Assembly: GCA_020724805.1 (NCBI GenBank) | Contig: DYGI01000001.1 | Location: 389,152 to 453,151 of the forward strand | DNA: 64,000 bases | Reading direction: 5' to 3' | Source: Candidatus Microgenomatus sp. | GTDB taxonomy: Bacteria; Patescibacteriota; Minisyncoccia; UBA6257; GWB1-50-10 | Part shown: positions 8,641 through 18,378 of the stretch, one piece after another | Position numbering within the stretch: position 1 is the stretch's first letter | How the letters are laid out: each line of letters opens with the position of its first letter | Position numbers and translations under genes: made by a program | The notes under the pieces: generated by a model | What the model saw: the letters and a program-made list of their open reading frames with translations, nothing else | Database searches by the model: none | Told to the model about the DNA's origin: nothing

Positions 8641-9105
8641 ATGGAGCGAACCGATTTCGTATTGAAGAGCACCGCGTTCAAGGACGGAGGACCGATCCCC
8701 GCAAAATACACCTGCGAAGGAGACGATGTGAGCCCATTTTTGGAGATAAAAAACCCGCCGGAAGGGACGGTATCGTTCGCGCTCATTGTGGATGATCCTG
8801 ACGCCACACGCGGGGTGCCGTTCGACCACTGGCTTCTGTGGAATATTCCACCGAACACACAATACATTTCGGAAGACAGTATTCCGCAGGGCGCCGTGCA
8901 GGGAATGACGGATTTTGGAACCGCAAAATGGGGAGGTCCATGTCCTCCCGCAGGAAGCACACCTCATCGGTATGTATTCACGCTCTATGCGCTTGATACG
9001 AGCATTTTGCTCTCAACGGGTGCGACGAAGGAGGAGCTGATTAAACTTATGGAAGGCCACATTCTCGGGAAGGCCGAGCTCACCGGACTGTATCAGCGGA
9101 AGTAA
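8641..9105 (+). CDS. PEBP/YbhB-YbcL family protein
   Basis: DDPDA...GVPFDHW and GGPCPP...HRYVFTLYAL motifs of phosphatidylethanolamine-binding-protein family; start at the internal ATG 8641. Confidence 0.75.
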   Translation: MERTDFVLKSTAFKDGGPIPAKYTCEGDDVSPFLEIKNPPEGTVSFALIVDDPDATRGVPFDHWLLWNIPPNTQYISEDSIPQGAVQGMTDFGTAKWGGPCPPAGSTPHRYVFTLYALDTSILLSTGATKEELIKLMEGHILGKAELTGLYQRK

Positions 9106-9107
9106 CA

Positions 9108-9446
9108 ATGCGTCTCCCAAAAAACGATGCGCGCTACGCGTGGACACATCACGCGATATTGAAAATGCAGCAGTATGGCATCGGCGAAGGGCGCATAAAA
9201 CGCATCATCCGTTACCCGAAGCGCACCGAGGAAAGTGTGGCGGGACCGGGAACGGTTGCGGTGATGCAACCTGCGGGCACCAAGCGTTATCAGGAAATGT
9301 GGGTAATGTACAAAGTGGCACAAGGACGAGCAAACCCGAAGGCAAAACAGCTCCTCATCATTACCGCGTGGCGCTACCCCGGCGAAAGCCCCGCACGCGA
9401 CCCGGTACCCAAAGAAGTTATGGACGAGGTCCGCACCTTGCTTTAA
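9108..9446 (+). CDS. hypothetical protein
   Basis: 112-aa ORF immediately after the PEBP gene. Confidence 0.4.
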   Translation: MRLPKNDARYAWTHHAILKMQQYGIGEGRIKRIIRYPKRTEESVAGPGTVAVMQPAGTKRYQEMWVMYKVAQGRANPKAKQLLIITAWRYPGESPARDPVPKEVMDEVRTLL

Positions 9447-9455
9447 GGTAGTAAT

Positions 9456-10451
9456 GTGAAACTCTCAATCGGTATTGTGGGACTTCCGAACGTGGGGAAA
9501 TCCACGCTCTTCAAGTTGCTCACCAAGCAGAACATCCATATCGCAAACTATCCTTTTGCGACCATCGACCCGAATGTCGGCGTAGTGCCGGTGCCGGACG
9601 AACGCGTGGAGAAGCTTACCGAGCTTTCCAAGTCGAAAAAGAAAATACCCGCGGTCGTGGAGTTCTACGACATCGCGGGGCTCGTGAAAGGAGCAAATAA
9701 AGGCGAAGGCCTCGGGAATCAGTTCCTTGCGAATATCCGCGAGTGTAAGGCGATTGTGCAGGTAGTGAGGTGTTTTCCCGATCCCACCGTCATCCATGTG
9801 GATTCTTCGGTGGACCCCATCCGCGATATTGAAACGATAAAGATGGAGCTCGCGCTTAAAGATGTGGAGACGGTGGATAAACGGCTCCATTCGATTGAGG
9901 CGGAAGTTCGTGGCGGGACGAAGGGGGCCAAAGAAAAGCAGGAAGTATTGGAAAGCGTAAAAAAAGCGCTTCTCGCAAACCAATACCTCACCGCGTACGC
10001 GCACGAGGAAGTGGTGAGGGAGTTGCAGCTTCTCACCGCAAAGAAACAAATATTTCTTTTGAACGGCGTGGAGACGGACGTGACCGAAGGAGTGAGGGAT
10101 TATATCCGCACACTCGGTGCCGACTTTGTGGTGATGGATCTTTCGGAGGAGCCGTCCGTAGCACCTCTCATCAAGAAATCATATGAAGTACTCGATCTCA
10201 TCAGTTTCCTGACGACGGGTGAGGATGAAACACGCGCATGGACCATTGAGAAGGGATGGAAAGCACCGCAGGCCGCGGGCACCATTCACACCGACTTTGA
10301 GAAAAATTTCATCCGCGCCGAAGTGGTGGCGTATAACGAACTTATGGCGAATAGCGGATGGCAAATGGCAAGGCAAAAGGGGAAGGTGCGACTTGAGGGG
10401 AAGGATTATGTCATGCAGGACGGTGACGTGGTGGTAATTCGCCACGGGTGA
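9456..10451 (+). CDS. ychF: ribosome-binding ATPase YchF (Obg-family GTPase)
   Basis: G1 GLPNVGKST, PFATIDPN, C-terminal TGS domain; GTG start. Confidence 0.9.
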   Translation: MKLSIGIVGLPNVGKSTLFKLLTKQNIHIANYPFATIDPNVGVVPVPDERVEKLTELSKSKKKIPAVVEFYDIAGLVKGANKGEGLGNQFLANIRECKAIVQVVRCFPDPTVIHVDSSVDPIRDIETIKMELALKDVETVDKRLHSIEAEVRGGTKGAKEKQEVLESVKKALLANQYLTAYAHEEVVRELQLLTAKKQIFLLNGVETDVTEGVRDYIRTLGADFVVMDLSEEPSVAPLIKKSYEVLDLISFLTTGEDETRAWTIEKGWKAPQAAGTIHTDFEKNFIRAEVVAYNELMANSGWQMARQKGKVRLEGKDYVMQDGDVVVIRHG

Positions 10452-10614
10452 CCCCATTCTCTTGACGGCATCACGAAGATGGCAAAAAATGAACTCAGCA
10501 ATTGAGTGTGTACGCACCGTCCGAATGCGATGAACGGCGCCAAAAACGCCACCTCCCTACGTGTTCGGACCATACCCCCCGTCCAAGGCCTCACGGTGCG
10601 CTTTGGGCGGGTTT

Positions 10615-10983
10615 TTATTGTCGTAGATCTTTCCTCGCGATGCGGTAAAGTACCGCGGCCATGACAAGGAGCCCTGCATCGCGGAAGGTCACCGCGTCAA
10701 TGCCGTAAAAGACGATGATGGCGGCAAGGTCCAGCGCCGCAATGGCGGACGCCACGCGGAGCATAAAACCTCCGGCGAGGGCCGCCCCGACGATTACTTG
10801 AACGATACCGTGAACGACGAGGAGCGTGGAAGGAACGGCGATGGCCTCCGTCCATTCGGGAAAGAACCCTATCCACGGGCGGGGGTCCGTGAATGACGAG
10901 ATGCCGGCGTAGAGGAACGTGAATCCGAGGCCGATGCCTAATACTCTCTCCACCGATAATTGCGGCAAATGAAATTTCACCAT
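10615..10983 (-). CDS. DoxX-like membrane protein
   Basis: Four TM helices, size and pattern typical of the DoxX family. Confidence 0.4.
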   Translation of the reverse strand: MVKFHLPQLSVERVLGIGLGFTFLYAGISSFTDPRPWIGFFPEWTEAIAVPSTLLVVHGIVQVIVGAALAGGFMLRVASAIAALDLAAIIVFYGIDAVTFRDAGLLVMAAVLYRIARKDLRQ

Positions 10984-11012
10984 ACGATGTATACACTATA
11001 GCAAATCTTTCT

Positions 11013-11771
11013 ATGGCGACAGTCCGTTATGAGCTCAAAACCGCACGTTACCAGGGACCCATCGAGGCGCTGGTGACGCTGATTGAGGAGAAACAACTTC
11101 CCATTCTCGAGGTTAGCTTGGCGGAGGTGACCGCCGATTTTCTTTCATATGTGGAGGGACTCGAGGCGCGGATACAGGAAGAGGGGGATGAAATGCTTGC
11201 GGAACTTCTCGCGGATTTTCTCCTTGTGGCATCACGGCTTATTCTCATCAAATCGAAGGCGCTCATGCCTTCGCTTGTTCTTACCGGCGAGGAGGAAGAG
11301 GATATCAAAGATTTGGAAGCGCGGGTGCGTCTTTACCGCGAACTTAAAGGTATACAGCCGCTTTTGAAAGGCGCATGGAGCGACATGCCGCAGACGCTCA
11401 CCCGGGAATTTTTACTTTCCGAAGAAGTGGTATTTTATCCGCCGGCAAAACTCGTATTCGGTGACCTTGCCGCCGCGGTGGCGCGCCTTGCCGGAGAGCT
11501 CGAACGCATTGCGCGCCCCATCGAAAAAGTGCGAGGAACCATCATCCATCTCAAAGAAAAGATTGAGGAAATATTCGAGCGGGTAAAAGGAGGAACATTC
11601 TCATTCGGTGAACTTTCCAAGAGTCGGTCGCGCGGCGAAGCGGTGGTATTGTTCCTTGCCATGCTTCATCTCATCAAATCCCAGCTAGTCCGCGTCACCC
11701 AATCGTCGCACTTTTCCGACATCAATATTGCGAAGCGGGAAAAGGAAGACGATAATGAAACCAATGGATAA
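11013..11771 (+). CDS. scpA: segregation and condensation protein A
   Basis: Kleisin N-terminal pattern, followed by the overlapping scpB. Confidence 0.8.
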   Translation: MATVRYELKTARYQGPIEALVTLIEEKQLPILEVSLAEVTADFLSYVEGLEARIQEEGDEMLAELLADFLLVASRLILIKSKALMPSLVLTGEEEEDIKDLEARVRLYRELKGIQPLLKGAWSDMPQTLTREFLLSEEVVFYPPAKLVFGDLAAAVARLAGELERIARPIEKVRGTIIHLKEKIEEIFERVKGGTFSFGELSKSRSRGEAVVLFLAMLHLIKSQLVRVTQSSHFSDINIAKREKEDDNETNG

Positions 11772-12333
11772 TCGGGAAGCCGCCTGTGAAGCGATACTTT
11801 TTTACTATGGCGCACCGCTCGCAATTCCCAAGCTTGCGAAGCTCCTTGGATGTACGCCGAAAGAATGCCGGGAAACGCTCGATGCGCTTTCCGCGCGATA
11901 TGTTGCCGATGCGGCGCGAGGACTTTTTCTCCTGATACACAATGAAGAAGCCACGATAGGAACAAAACCGGAGCTGAAAAGTTTTCTCGAATCCCTCATG
12001 AAGGAAGAGTTTCAGGAATCGCTCACTCCCGCCGCGCTCGAAGCGCTTTCACTGGTGAGCTACCTTGGTCCGGTCACGCGCGCAACCATCGACTACATTC
12101 GGGGCGTGAACTCCACGTTCACACTCCGAAACCTCCTTCTCCGAGGTCTTATCGATCGCGCGCCGGCGGAAAAGGGTGGGGGATACGAATATCGTGCCAG
12201 CGTGGAATTTTTGAAGCATATGGGAATTGCGCGAGTGGAAGAACTTCCCGAATACGAGAAATATCGCACGTTTTACCGTGACTTCGAGCTCGCAGGCGCT
12301 CCGAGCAAAACGCCGGCTGCACCCCAAATATGA
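11755..12333 (+). CDS. scpB: segregation and condensation protein B
   Basis: Tandem winged-helix pattern (EAILF..., ...LSLVSYLGPVTRATIDYIRG). Confidence 0.8.
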   Translation: MKPMDNREAACEAILFYYGAPLAIPKLAKLLGCTPKECRETLDALSARYVADAARGLFLLIHNEEATIGTKPELKSFLESLMKEEFQESLTPAALEALSLVSYLGPVTRATIDYIRGVNSTFTLRNLLLRGLIDRAPAEKGGGYEYRASVEFLKHMGIARVEELPEYEKYRTFYRDFELAGAPSKTPAAPQI

Positions 12334-13277
12334 CCGCACGCGTATCGGCACTACTACTTGCGGCGCTCATTATGGTTTCTGCGGCGCTCACGCGAACCGG
12401 CGGAGAGGGAGCGTTACCGGTGGAACGCGCTCCCGAGGCAAGCGCGGAAGCGCAAACTCCTCCTTTGTACTATTCGTTTCAGGCGAATGCGTTTTCCGCG
12501 GGCACAGGAGCCGGACGCGGACCGTCCCGCGACTGGAATGTACTCGACCCTCGCGTGGATGCGGCGGCAGCGCTTGTGTATTCGCTGGACGATGAAGTGA
12601 TACTCCTCGGTGCGCGCACGTATGCGCGTTGGCCCATGGCATCACTCACCAAACTTCTCACCTCGGTAGTGGTCGCGGAAAATATCGGGTACCACAAACG
12701 CGTGCCCATGACGGAGACCGCGATAGCGACGGAAGGAAACGGCGTGATGTTCAATCCCAACGAAGAATTTGCCGCACGCGATCTCGCGCGGATAATGATA
12801 ATGGCCTCGTCGAACGACGCCGCGGTCGCTTTCGAAGAGCATGTGGGAGGAAGGGAAGAGTTTTTGAAATTGCTCCGTGGCGCGGCGACAAAACTCGGCA
12901 TGGACCAGACCACACTTTCGGATGCCGCAGGTCTTTCCGCCGCCAATGAATCGTCCGCGAGCGACCTTATGAAGCTTGTGAAATATCTTGCCTCTTCGCG
13001 TCCGGAGATACTCGAATGGACGCGCCACGCGACATTCATCTTTCAACCCACCAATGACCCCACGAGCCGCACCGTGGCGAACATCGTACCGTTCGCCGAC
13101 GACCCCCGGTTCCTTGGCGGAAAAACGGGTACGCTCCCCGAAGCGCGGGAGAATTTTGCGGGACTATTTTCACTCGGCGGACGTCGGGTGGTGGTGGTTA
13201 TTCTCGGAAGTCGCGACCGGGTGCGCGAGGTGAATGAACTTCTTGATTGGACCATGCGTGCATACCACTTCAATTGA
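12330..13277 (+). CDS. D-alanyl-D-alanine carboxypeptidase (S11, PBP5-like)
   Basis: Signal peptide; SxxK (ASLTK), SxN (SSND), KTG (KTGT) motifs. Confidence 0.8.
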   Translation: MTARVSALLLAALIMVSAALTRTGGEGALPVERAPEASAEAQTPPLYYSFQANAFSAGTGAGRGPSRDWNVLDPRVDAAAALVYSLDDEVILLGARTYARWPMASLTKLLTSVVVAENIGYHKRVPMTETAIATEGNGVMFNPNEEFAARDLARIMIMASSNDAAVAFEEHVGGREEFLKLLRGAATKLGMDQTTLSDAAGLSAANESSASDLMKLVKYLASSRPEILEWTRHATFIFQPTNDPTSRTVANIVPFADDPRFLGGKTGTLPEARENFAGLFSLGGRRVVVVILGSRDRVREVNELLDWTMRAYHFN

Positions 13278-13283
13278 GGATAT

Positions 13284-13410
13284 GGATCCCGTTAGAAGCA
13301 AAAAACAACATTTCACCGTACTATGATAACTTTCTATATTTATTCTGTAGGTCGAGCAAGGCCGCATGCTACGGGTGTGCGCGTGGGCACACCCTGCTTC
13401 TAACGGGATG
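13284..13410 (+). promoter_or_regulatory. inverted-repeat leader element A (15-bp arms ATCCCGTTAGAAGCA / TGCTTCTAACGGGAT) enclosing the mraY start codon
   Basis: Fills the entire dacA-mraY intergenic region. The right arm contains the ATG at 13408. Homologous to 17074-17195, with a compensatory arm substitution between the two copies. Confidence 0.6.
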
Positions 13411-14454
13411 GAAATTTTCGAAGCGATTCGCATTCTCATACTCTTCGCGTTCGCATTCGTGGTGGCGCTTCTTCTCACGCCTTTTGTGCTTCATCGTCTT
13501 GTGGCATGGAATGTGCGCAAACGGAACATCCGAGACGCTACCTCCGCGCCCGTTTTCCACAGTTTGCATAAGGATAAGGGGAACACGCCGACCATGGGCG
13601 GCATCATCATTTGGGCTACCGTGCTTGGGCTTGCGGCGCTCTTTTTTCTCGCGAATCAGTTTTTTAACGGGTTCGCATCATATTTCGATTTTGTGAATCG
13701 CGCGGAAACCTATCTTCCGCTTGCCGCACTCGCGTTCGCGGCGGTGGTAGGTTTGGTGGACGACCTTTTCGGAATTCTCGGCAAAGGGCCGCACGGAGGC
13801 GGACTCACCGTGCCCCAGAAGCTCGTGCTCTACACCGCCGTGTCCGCCATCGGTGCGTGGTGGTTCTTCGTGCGCCTCGGGTGGGACACCATTTTTGTGC
13901 CGTTCGTTGGCCACGTGGTGGTCGGATGGTGGTATGTTCCCATTTTCATGTTCATCATCATCGCGTCGGCATTCTCCACGAACGAAACGGACGGTTTGGA
14001 CGGACTTGCAGCGGGAGTACTCTTTTTCGCATTCGGTGCGTTTGCGGTAGTTTCTTTCATTCTCCATCGCTACGACCTTGCGGCGATGAACGCGGTTATT
14101 TTGGGAGCGCTCCTCGCGTTTCTTTGGTTCAATATTTATCCCGCGAGGTTTTTTATGGGCGATACCGGGAGTATGGCGCTCGGGATAACCTTGGGGGTTA
14201 TGGCGATGCTCACCAACACGGTGTTCTTCCTCCCGTTTTTCGGTGCGATACTGGTTTTTGAATCGTTTTCGGTCATCATACAGCTCATTTCCAAGAAAAT
14301 TCGAGGGAAAAAGATATTTCTCTCGACTCCCATTCACCATCACTTCGAAGCGTTAGGATGGCCGGAAACGCAGGTCACCATGCGCTTTTGGTTCGTTTCA
14401 GCGGTGGCAACGATTCTTGGATTGGTGCTTTTTTTCCTCGCGCGATTCATTTGA
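13408..14454 (+). CDS. mraY: phospho-N-acetylmuramoyl-pentapeptide transferase
   Basis: 10 TM helices; NETDGLDGLA and FMGDTGS motifs. Confidence 0.9.
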   Translation: MEIFEAIRILILFAFAFVVALLLTPFVLHRLVAWNVRKRNIRDATSAPVFHSLHKDKGNTPTMGGIIIWATVLGLAALFFLANQFFNGFASYFDFVNRAETYLPLAALAFAAVVGLVDDLFGILGKGPHGGGLTVPQKLVLYTAVSAIGAWWFFVRLGWDTIFVPFVGHVVVGWWYVPIFMFIIIASAFSTNETDGLDGLAAGVLFFAFGAFAVVSFILHRYDLAAMNAVILGALLAFLWFNIYPARFFMGDTGSMALGITLGVMAMLTNTVFFLPFFGAILVFESFSVIIQLISKKIRGKKIFLSTPIHHHFEALGWPETQVTMRFWFVSAVATILGLVLFFLARFI

Positions 14455-14473
14455 TAGGTATAATAAAGGCGTC

Positions 14474-15946
14474 ATGACGACGCTCATTCAGGGCGGGATG
14501 GTGTACGACGGTACCGGCGGCACGCCGTATGAGGCGGACGTGTTGTTGCACGGAAAAACCATCACGCGCATCGGTCGACGCCTTTCGGTCAGGGCAAATC
14601 ACATCATCGAAGCGCGCGGCGGGCTCGTAACTCCGGGATTTGTGGATATCGCAAGTTACGCCGACCATTATCGAGCGCTCTTTGCCGATCCCGCAGGCAC
14701 CGAGTCATTGATTCGCGGTATCACCTCGCTTGTGGTGGGCCACGGCGGCGCTTCCATAGCGCCACTTTTTGCATGGAGCATTCTTCCGGAACGTTGGTGG
14801 GGGAATACCATCTCTCCCGCCGCCCACGCGGCCATGGTAAGCGAAGTATTTTCGTTGCTCCAAGGAAGAATAGGAGTGAATGTGGGAACACTCGTAGGGC
14901 ACGCGACGGTGCGCGAGGGAATTACCCACGGAACGCCGCGCGATCTCACCGAGCGTGAACTCGAACTTCTTTCCTACACTCTTCGCCATGCGCTTAAGGA
15001 AGGCGCACTCGGCATCTCCGTGAACTTGGAATATCCACGTACCACGCAAGTGCCGCGAAAAGAATTGATGCGCGTGGCGCATATTGCCGAGGAATTTCAT
15101 GCGGTTCTCTCGCTTCGACTTCGTTCGCGCACCGATCATGTGAAAGAGTCCCTCGCGGAAGTGCTTGCGCTTTCGGATGCGACGGAGGTAAATCTTCTTC
15201 TCACCGACGTTGAGCCTCACTCGACCGAAGAGGCGGCATACCGTGCGCTCATGAACCAAGTTACTCGCGCGTCAGCGGATCACCATGTGCACTTTACCAC
15301 CTCGGGAAGCGGTGTTGCCGCGTTCCCTCTTCCACTGCTTCTCCCGTCACATTGGCACGAGAAGGAATGGGATACCATGCGGGCGCGCCTCACCGACCGC
15401 GCGATGCGTGAGGAACTTCGTTCGCATCTTGTACGCTATCGCGACATTCCGATGTATGTGGCCGCCGTGGCGGACCCTTCGCTTAAACTTTTTGAAGGCA
15501 CGCCTTTCGCAAAGTGGTCTCTCCATGAGCACGTGCCTTTCGAAGAAGCGCTCATGCGACTCATGGAAGTTACCGGATTTCGGGCGGTGCTTGCGATGAA
15601 CGTGGGAGAGCCGGAGCTTGCTCGTGTCTTCGCGGCTCACGATCGCGCATTGATCGCTTCCGGTGAAGCGGCGGCGCCGGCTCTCGAATCTTCCGCGCAT
15701 TTAAAACTGCTCGCATTCAAAGATGGAGGTACATTCCCGCTCGAGCAACGCATCGCGAAAATGACGGGTGCGCCTGCAAAAAAGTTGGGCCTCTCCCGCC
15801 GCGGCATCCTTAAAGAAGGGTACTATGCCGACGTGCTCGTCATTGAAAAAGGAACGGTTCGCGAGACATTCGTGAATGGCGTTCGGGCCATTGCCGCCGG
15901 CGCGCCGACCGGCGAGCGGAGCGGGACGATACTTACGCGCGCATGA
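14474..15946 (+). CDS. amidohydrolase-superfamily protein, D-aminoacylase-like, with degenerate metal-binding motif
   Basis: N-terminal GGxVxDGTG...VxPGFVD block, but the HxH is replaced by ASYADH. C-terminal ...GYYADVLVIE...FVNG... is typical of N-acyl-D-amino-acid deacylases. Occupies the murD position. Confidence 0.6.
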   Translation: MTTLIQGGMVYDGTGGTPYEADVLLHGKTITRIGRRLSVRANHIIEARGGLVTPGFVDIASYADHYRALFADPAGTESLIRGITSLVVGHGGASIAPLFAWSILPERWWGNTISPAAHAAMVSEVFSLLQGRIGVNVGTLVGHATVREGITHGTPRDLTERELELLSYTLRHALKEGALGISVNLEYPRTTQVPRKELMRVAHIAEEFHAVLSLRLRSRTDHVKESLAEVLALSDATEVNLLLTDVEPHSTEEAAYRALMNQVTRASADHHVHFTTSGSGVAAFPLPLLLPSHWHEKEWDTMRARLTDRAMREELRSHLVRYRDIPMYVAAVADPSLKLFEGTPFAKWSLHEHVPFEEALMRLMEVTGFRAVLAMNVGEPELARVFAAHDRALIASGEAAAPALESSAHLKLLAFKDGGTFPLEQRIAKMTGAPAKKLGLSRRGILKEGYYADVLVIEKGTVRETFVNGVRAIAAGAPTGERSGTILTRA

Positions 15947-17073
15947 CGTCCGGAGGACTTTTTCGTACGCGTCCTCGCGGACTTCCAGATTTTGCGTTCG
16001 TCGGCGCGGTCGCCGCGCTCGTTATTTTCGGTCTCGTGATGCTCGCATCCGCCTCTTCCGACCTTGCACAAAAGCAGTATGGCGAAAGCTATTATCTTCT
16101 TCTCCACCAAATCACGAACGGCCTTTCGGTTGGCATCGTGGGTTTTCTTGCGGGCGCTTTCATTTACTATCGGACATGGGATAAGTTCTCTGTTTATATT
16201 CTCGCGGCGGGACTTATCGCGCTCCTTTTGATTTTCACGCCACTCGGAATTGCGCAGAAAGGAGGGGAGCGATGGGTGAATCTCGGTGCGTTCTCGTTCC
16301 AACCAGGTGAATTGGCGAAGCTCGCGCTCATCATTTATCTCGCGAGCTGGCTTGCGCGCACGCCGCTTCGCGCGAAGAATTTCATGGAAGGATTCATGCC
16401 ATTCCTTGTGCTCGTCGGCGCGGTCGTGGGGCTACTCCTCGCGCAACCCGCCACATCCACCGCCATCATTATCGTGGTGGGCGCGCTTACGTTGTATTTT
16501 ATGGGCGGCGCACGTATCCGATTTTTTGCACTCGCTGCGCTTCTTGTGGTCGTCGGATTCTCGCTTCTTTTCGCAGTGGGAGGGAAAGATGATTACCGCG
16601 TGCGGCGCATTATGACGTTTTTTAATCAAGAGGCAACCGACCCGCTGGATGAGGGATATCATATCGATCAGACGAAGTTCGCCATCGGCGCGGGAGGACT
16701 TACAGGTGTTGGCTTCGGCCAGTCCGTGACAAAACTTTATTCGCTTCCGGAGCGCATCGGCGATTCCATTTTTGCCATCATCGGCGAAGAATTCGGTTTC
16801 GTAGGATCCGTCGCGCTCATCGCGCTATTCGCGGTGTACGTGATTCGTGGATTCGCCATCGCGAAGCGGGCGCCGGATTCGTTTGGGCGTCTTACGACCA
16901 TCGGTTTCGTCACCATCATCGGATTCCAGGCGTTCGTGAACATCGCCGCTATCTCGGGACTCGTTCCGCTCACCGGCGTGCCGCTTCCGTTCATTTCGTA
17001 CGGCGGCACCGCCCTCGCGGTTTTTTTGACGATGTCGGGTATCGTCGTTAACATTTCAAGACATTCCCGATGA
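15943..17073 (+). CDS. ftsW: SEDS-family peptidoglycan glycosyltransferase FtsW/RodA
   Basis: 10 TM helices, conserved PGELAK and GGTA motifs, dcw context. Confidence 0.85.
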   Translation: MTSGGLFRTRPRGLPDFAFVGAVAALVIFGLVMLASASSDLAQKQYGESYYLLLHQITNGLSVGIVGFLAGAFIYYRTWDKFSVYILAAGLIALLLIFTPLGIAQKGGERWVNLGAFSFQPGELAKLALIIYLASWLARTPLRAKNFMEGFMPFLVLVGAVVGLLLAQPATSTAIIIVVGALTLYFMGGARIRFFALAALLVVVGFSLLFAVGGKDDYRVRRIMTFFNQEATDPLDEGYHIDQTKFAIGAGGLTGVGFGQSVTKLYSLPERIGDSIFAIIGEEFGFVGSVALIALFAVYVIRGFAIAKRAPDSFGRLTTIGFVTIIGFQAFVNIAAISGLVPLTGVPLPFISYGGTALAVFLTMSGIVVNISRHSR

Positions 17074-17195
17074 ATCCCGTTAGAGGCAACTAAATTACTA
17101 TCCAATGATTTACCGTATCAACAACGCACTATCAAATCAAAAGGTCTCGCGGCACAACTACGGTTGCCTTGTGGCGACCTGCCTCTAACGGGATG
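17074..17195 (+). promoter_or_regulatory. inverted-repeat leader element B (arms ATCCCGTTAGAGGCA / TGCCTCTAACGGGAT) enclosing the murG start codon
   Basis: Fills the ftsW-murG intergenic region. Right arm contains the ATG at 17193. Shares internal motifs with element A (ttYaccgta, ctat, ggtc, ctacgg). Confidence 0.6.
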
Positions 17196-18317
17196 AACAC
17201 CTTTCGCATCGCACTTACGGGAGGAGGTACCGGCGGACATGTATTTCCGCTCGCCGCGGTTGCCGATGAATTGCTGCGCATGGGGCAGGGGACCGTGGAA
17301 CTTCGCTACTACGGGCCTACGAGCGTATGGAATGAGATGCTCGCGGCGCGCGACATTCGCACTTCGCATATCGCGGGCGCAAAGCTCCGCCGCTATGCGT
17401 CGTTGCAAAATATTATCGACATCCCAAAGTTTTTTATCGGCCTACTCGAGGCGTTCGTAAAGCTCTATTTCTGGATGCCGGACGCGGTGTTTTCAAAAGG
17501 AGGTCCGGGCGCGTTGCCGGTTGTGTGCGCGGCCGCATGGTATCGAATTCCCATCGTGGTCCATGAATCGGATGCAGTGCCGGGACTCACGAACCGCATC
17601 TCGGCAAAATTCGCGAAAAAGATTTGTATAGCGTGGCGAAACGCTGCGGCATATTTCCCTGCGCGGAAAGTGATGGTCACCGGAAACCCGATACGTGCCG
17701 CGCTTGCGACTACCATGTTGGAGCGGCGTGCGGCAAAATCGCAACTCGGCGCGGACCCGGATACGCCTCTCCTCCTTGCGCTTGGAGGTTCGCAGGGCGC
17801 AAAAATATTGAACGACTTTGTGGACGCGGCGCTCCCGATGCTTCTTGCGCTCTGCCAGGTGTATCACCAGACCGGGAAGGGGAACGTGCCTTCCGTGAGC
17901 GACCATATGGGCGCTCGTCCCGCCGCACCTTCGCGGTATACCGCGCGGGATTTTATGGATGAACGGGAGCTTGCCACTGCGCTTCGTGCCGCCGACCTCG
18001 TGCTCACGCGGGCAGGTGCAGGCGCGATCTATGAATGTGCGGCTGCGGGCGTTCCCGCCATTCTTGTACCGCTCGCAAATGGCGCGAACGATCACCAAAG
18101 AGCGAATGCGGCCGAGTATGTCGCTTCGGGCGCCGCATTGGTCATTGAAGAAAACAATCTTACTCCGAACCTCGTGGCGGGAGAAATAAAAAAACTTCTC
18201 GCGGGCGGCGAGAAGTTGAAAATGATGGGGGAGAGGGCGCGCGCATTTTTTAAACCAAGCGCCGCAGAGGAAATCGCACGCGCAATCGTTACGGCGACCG
18301 GTGCTCAAATCAAATAA
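17193..18317 (+). CDS. murG: undecaprenyldiphospho-muramoylpentapeptide beta-N-acetylglucosaminyltransferase
   Basis: N-terminal GGGTGGHVFP motif, GT28 family architecture. Confidence 0.9.
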   Translation: MNTFRIALTGGGTGGHVFPLAAVADELLRMGQGTVELRYYGPTSVWNEMLAARDIRTSHIAGAKLRRYASLQNIIDIPKFFIGLLEAFVKLYFWMPDAVFSKGGPGALPVVCAAAWYRIPIVVHESDAVPGLTNRISAKFAKKICIAWRNAAAYFPARKVMVTGNPIRAALATTMLERRAAKSQLGADPDTPLLLALGGSQGAKILNDFVDAALPMLLALCQVYHQTGKGNVPSVSDHMGARPAAPSRYTARDFMDERELATALRAADLVLTRAGAGAIYECAAAGVPAILVPLANGANDHQRANAAEYVASGAALVIEENNLTPNLVAGEIKKLLAGGEKLKMMGERARAFFKPSAAEEIARAIVTATGAQIK

Positions 18318-18378
18318 AAGTGTAGTTCTGTCAATATACCCAAATTCCGCCAAAAATGGGGTATAATGGGCATGGACT

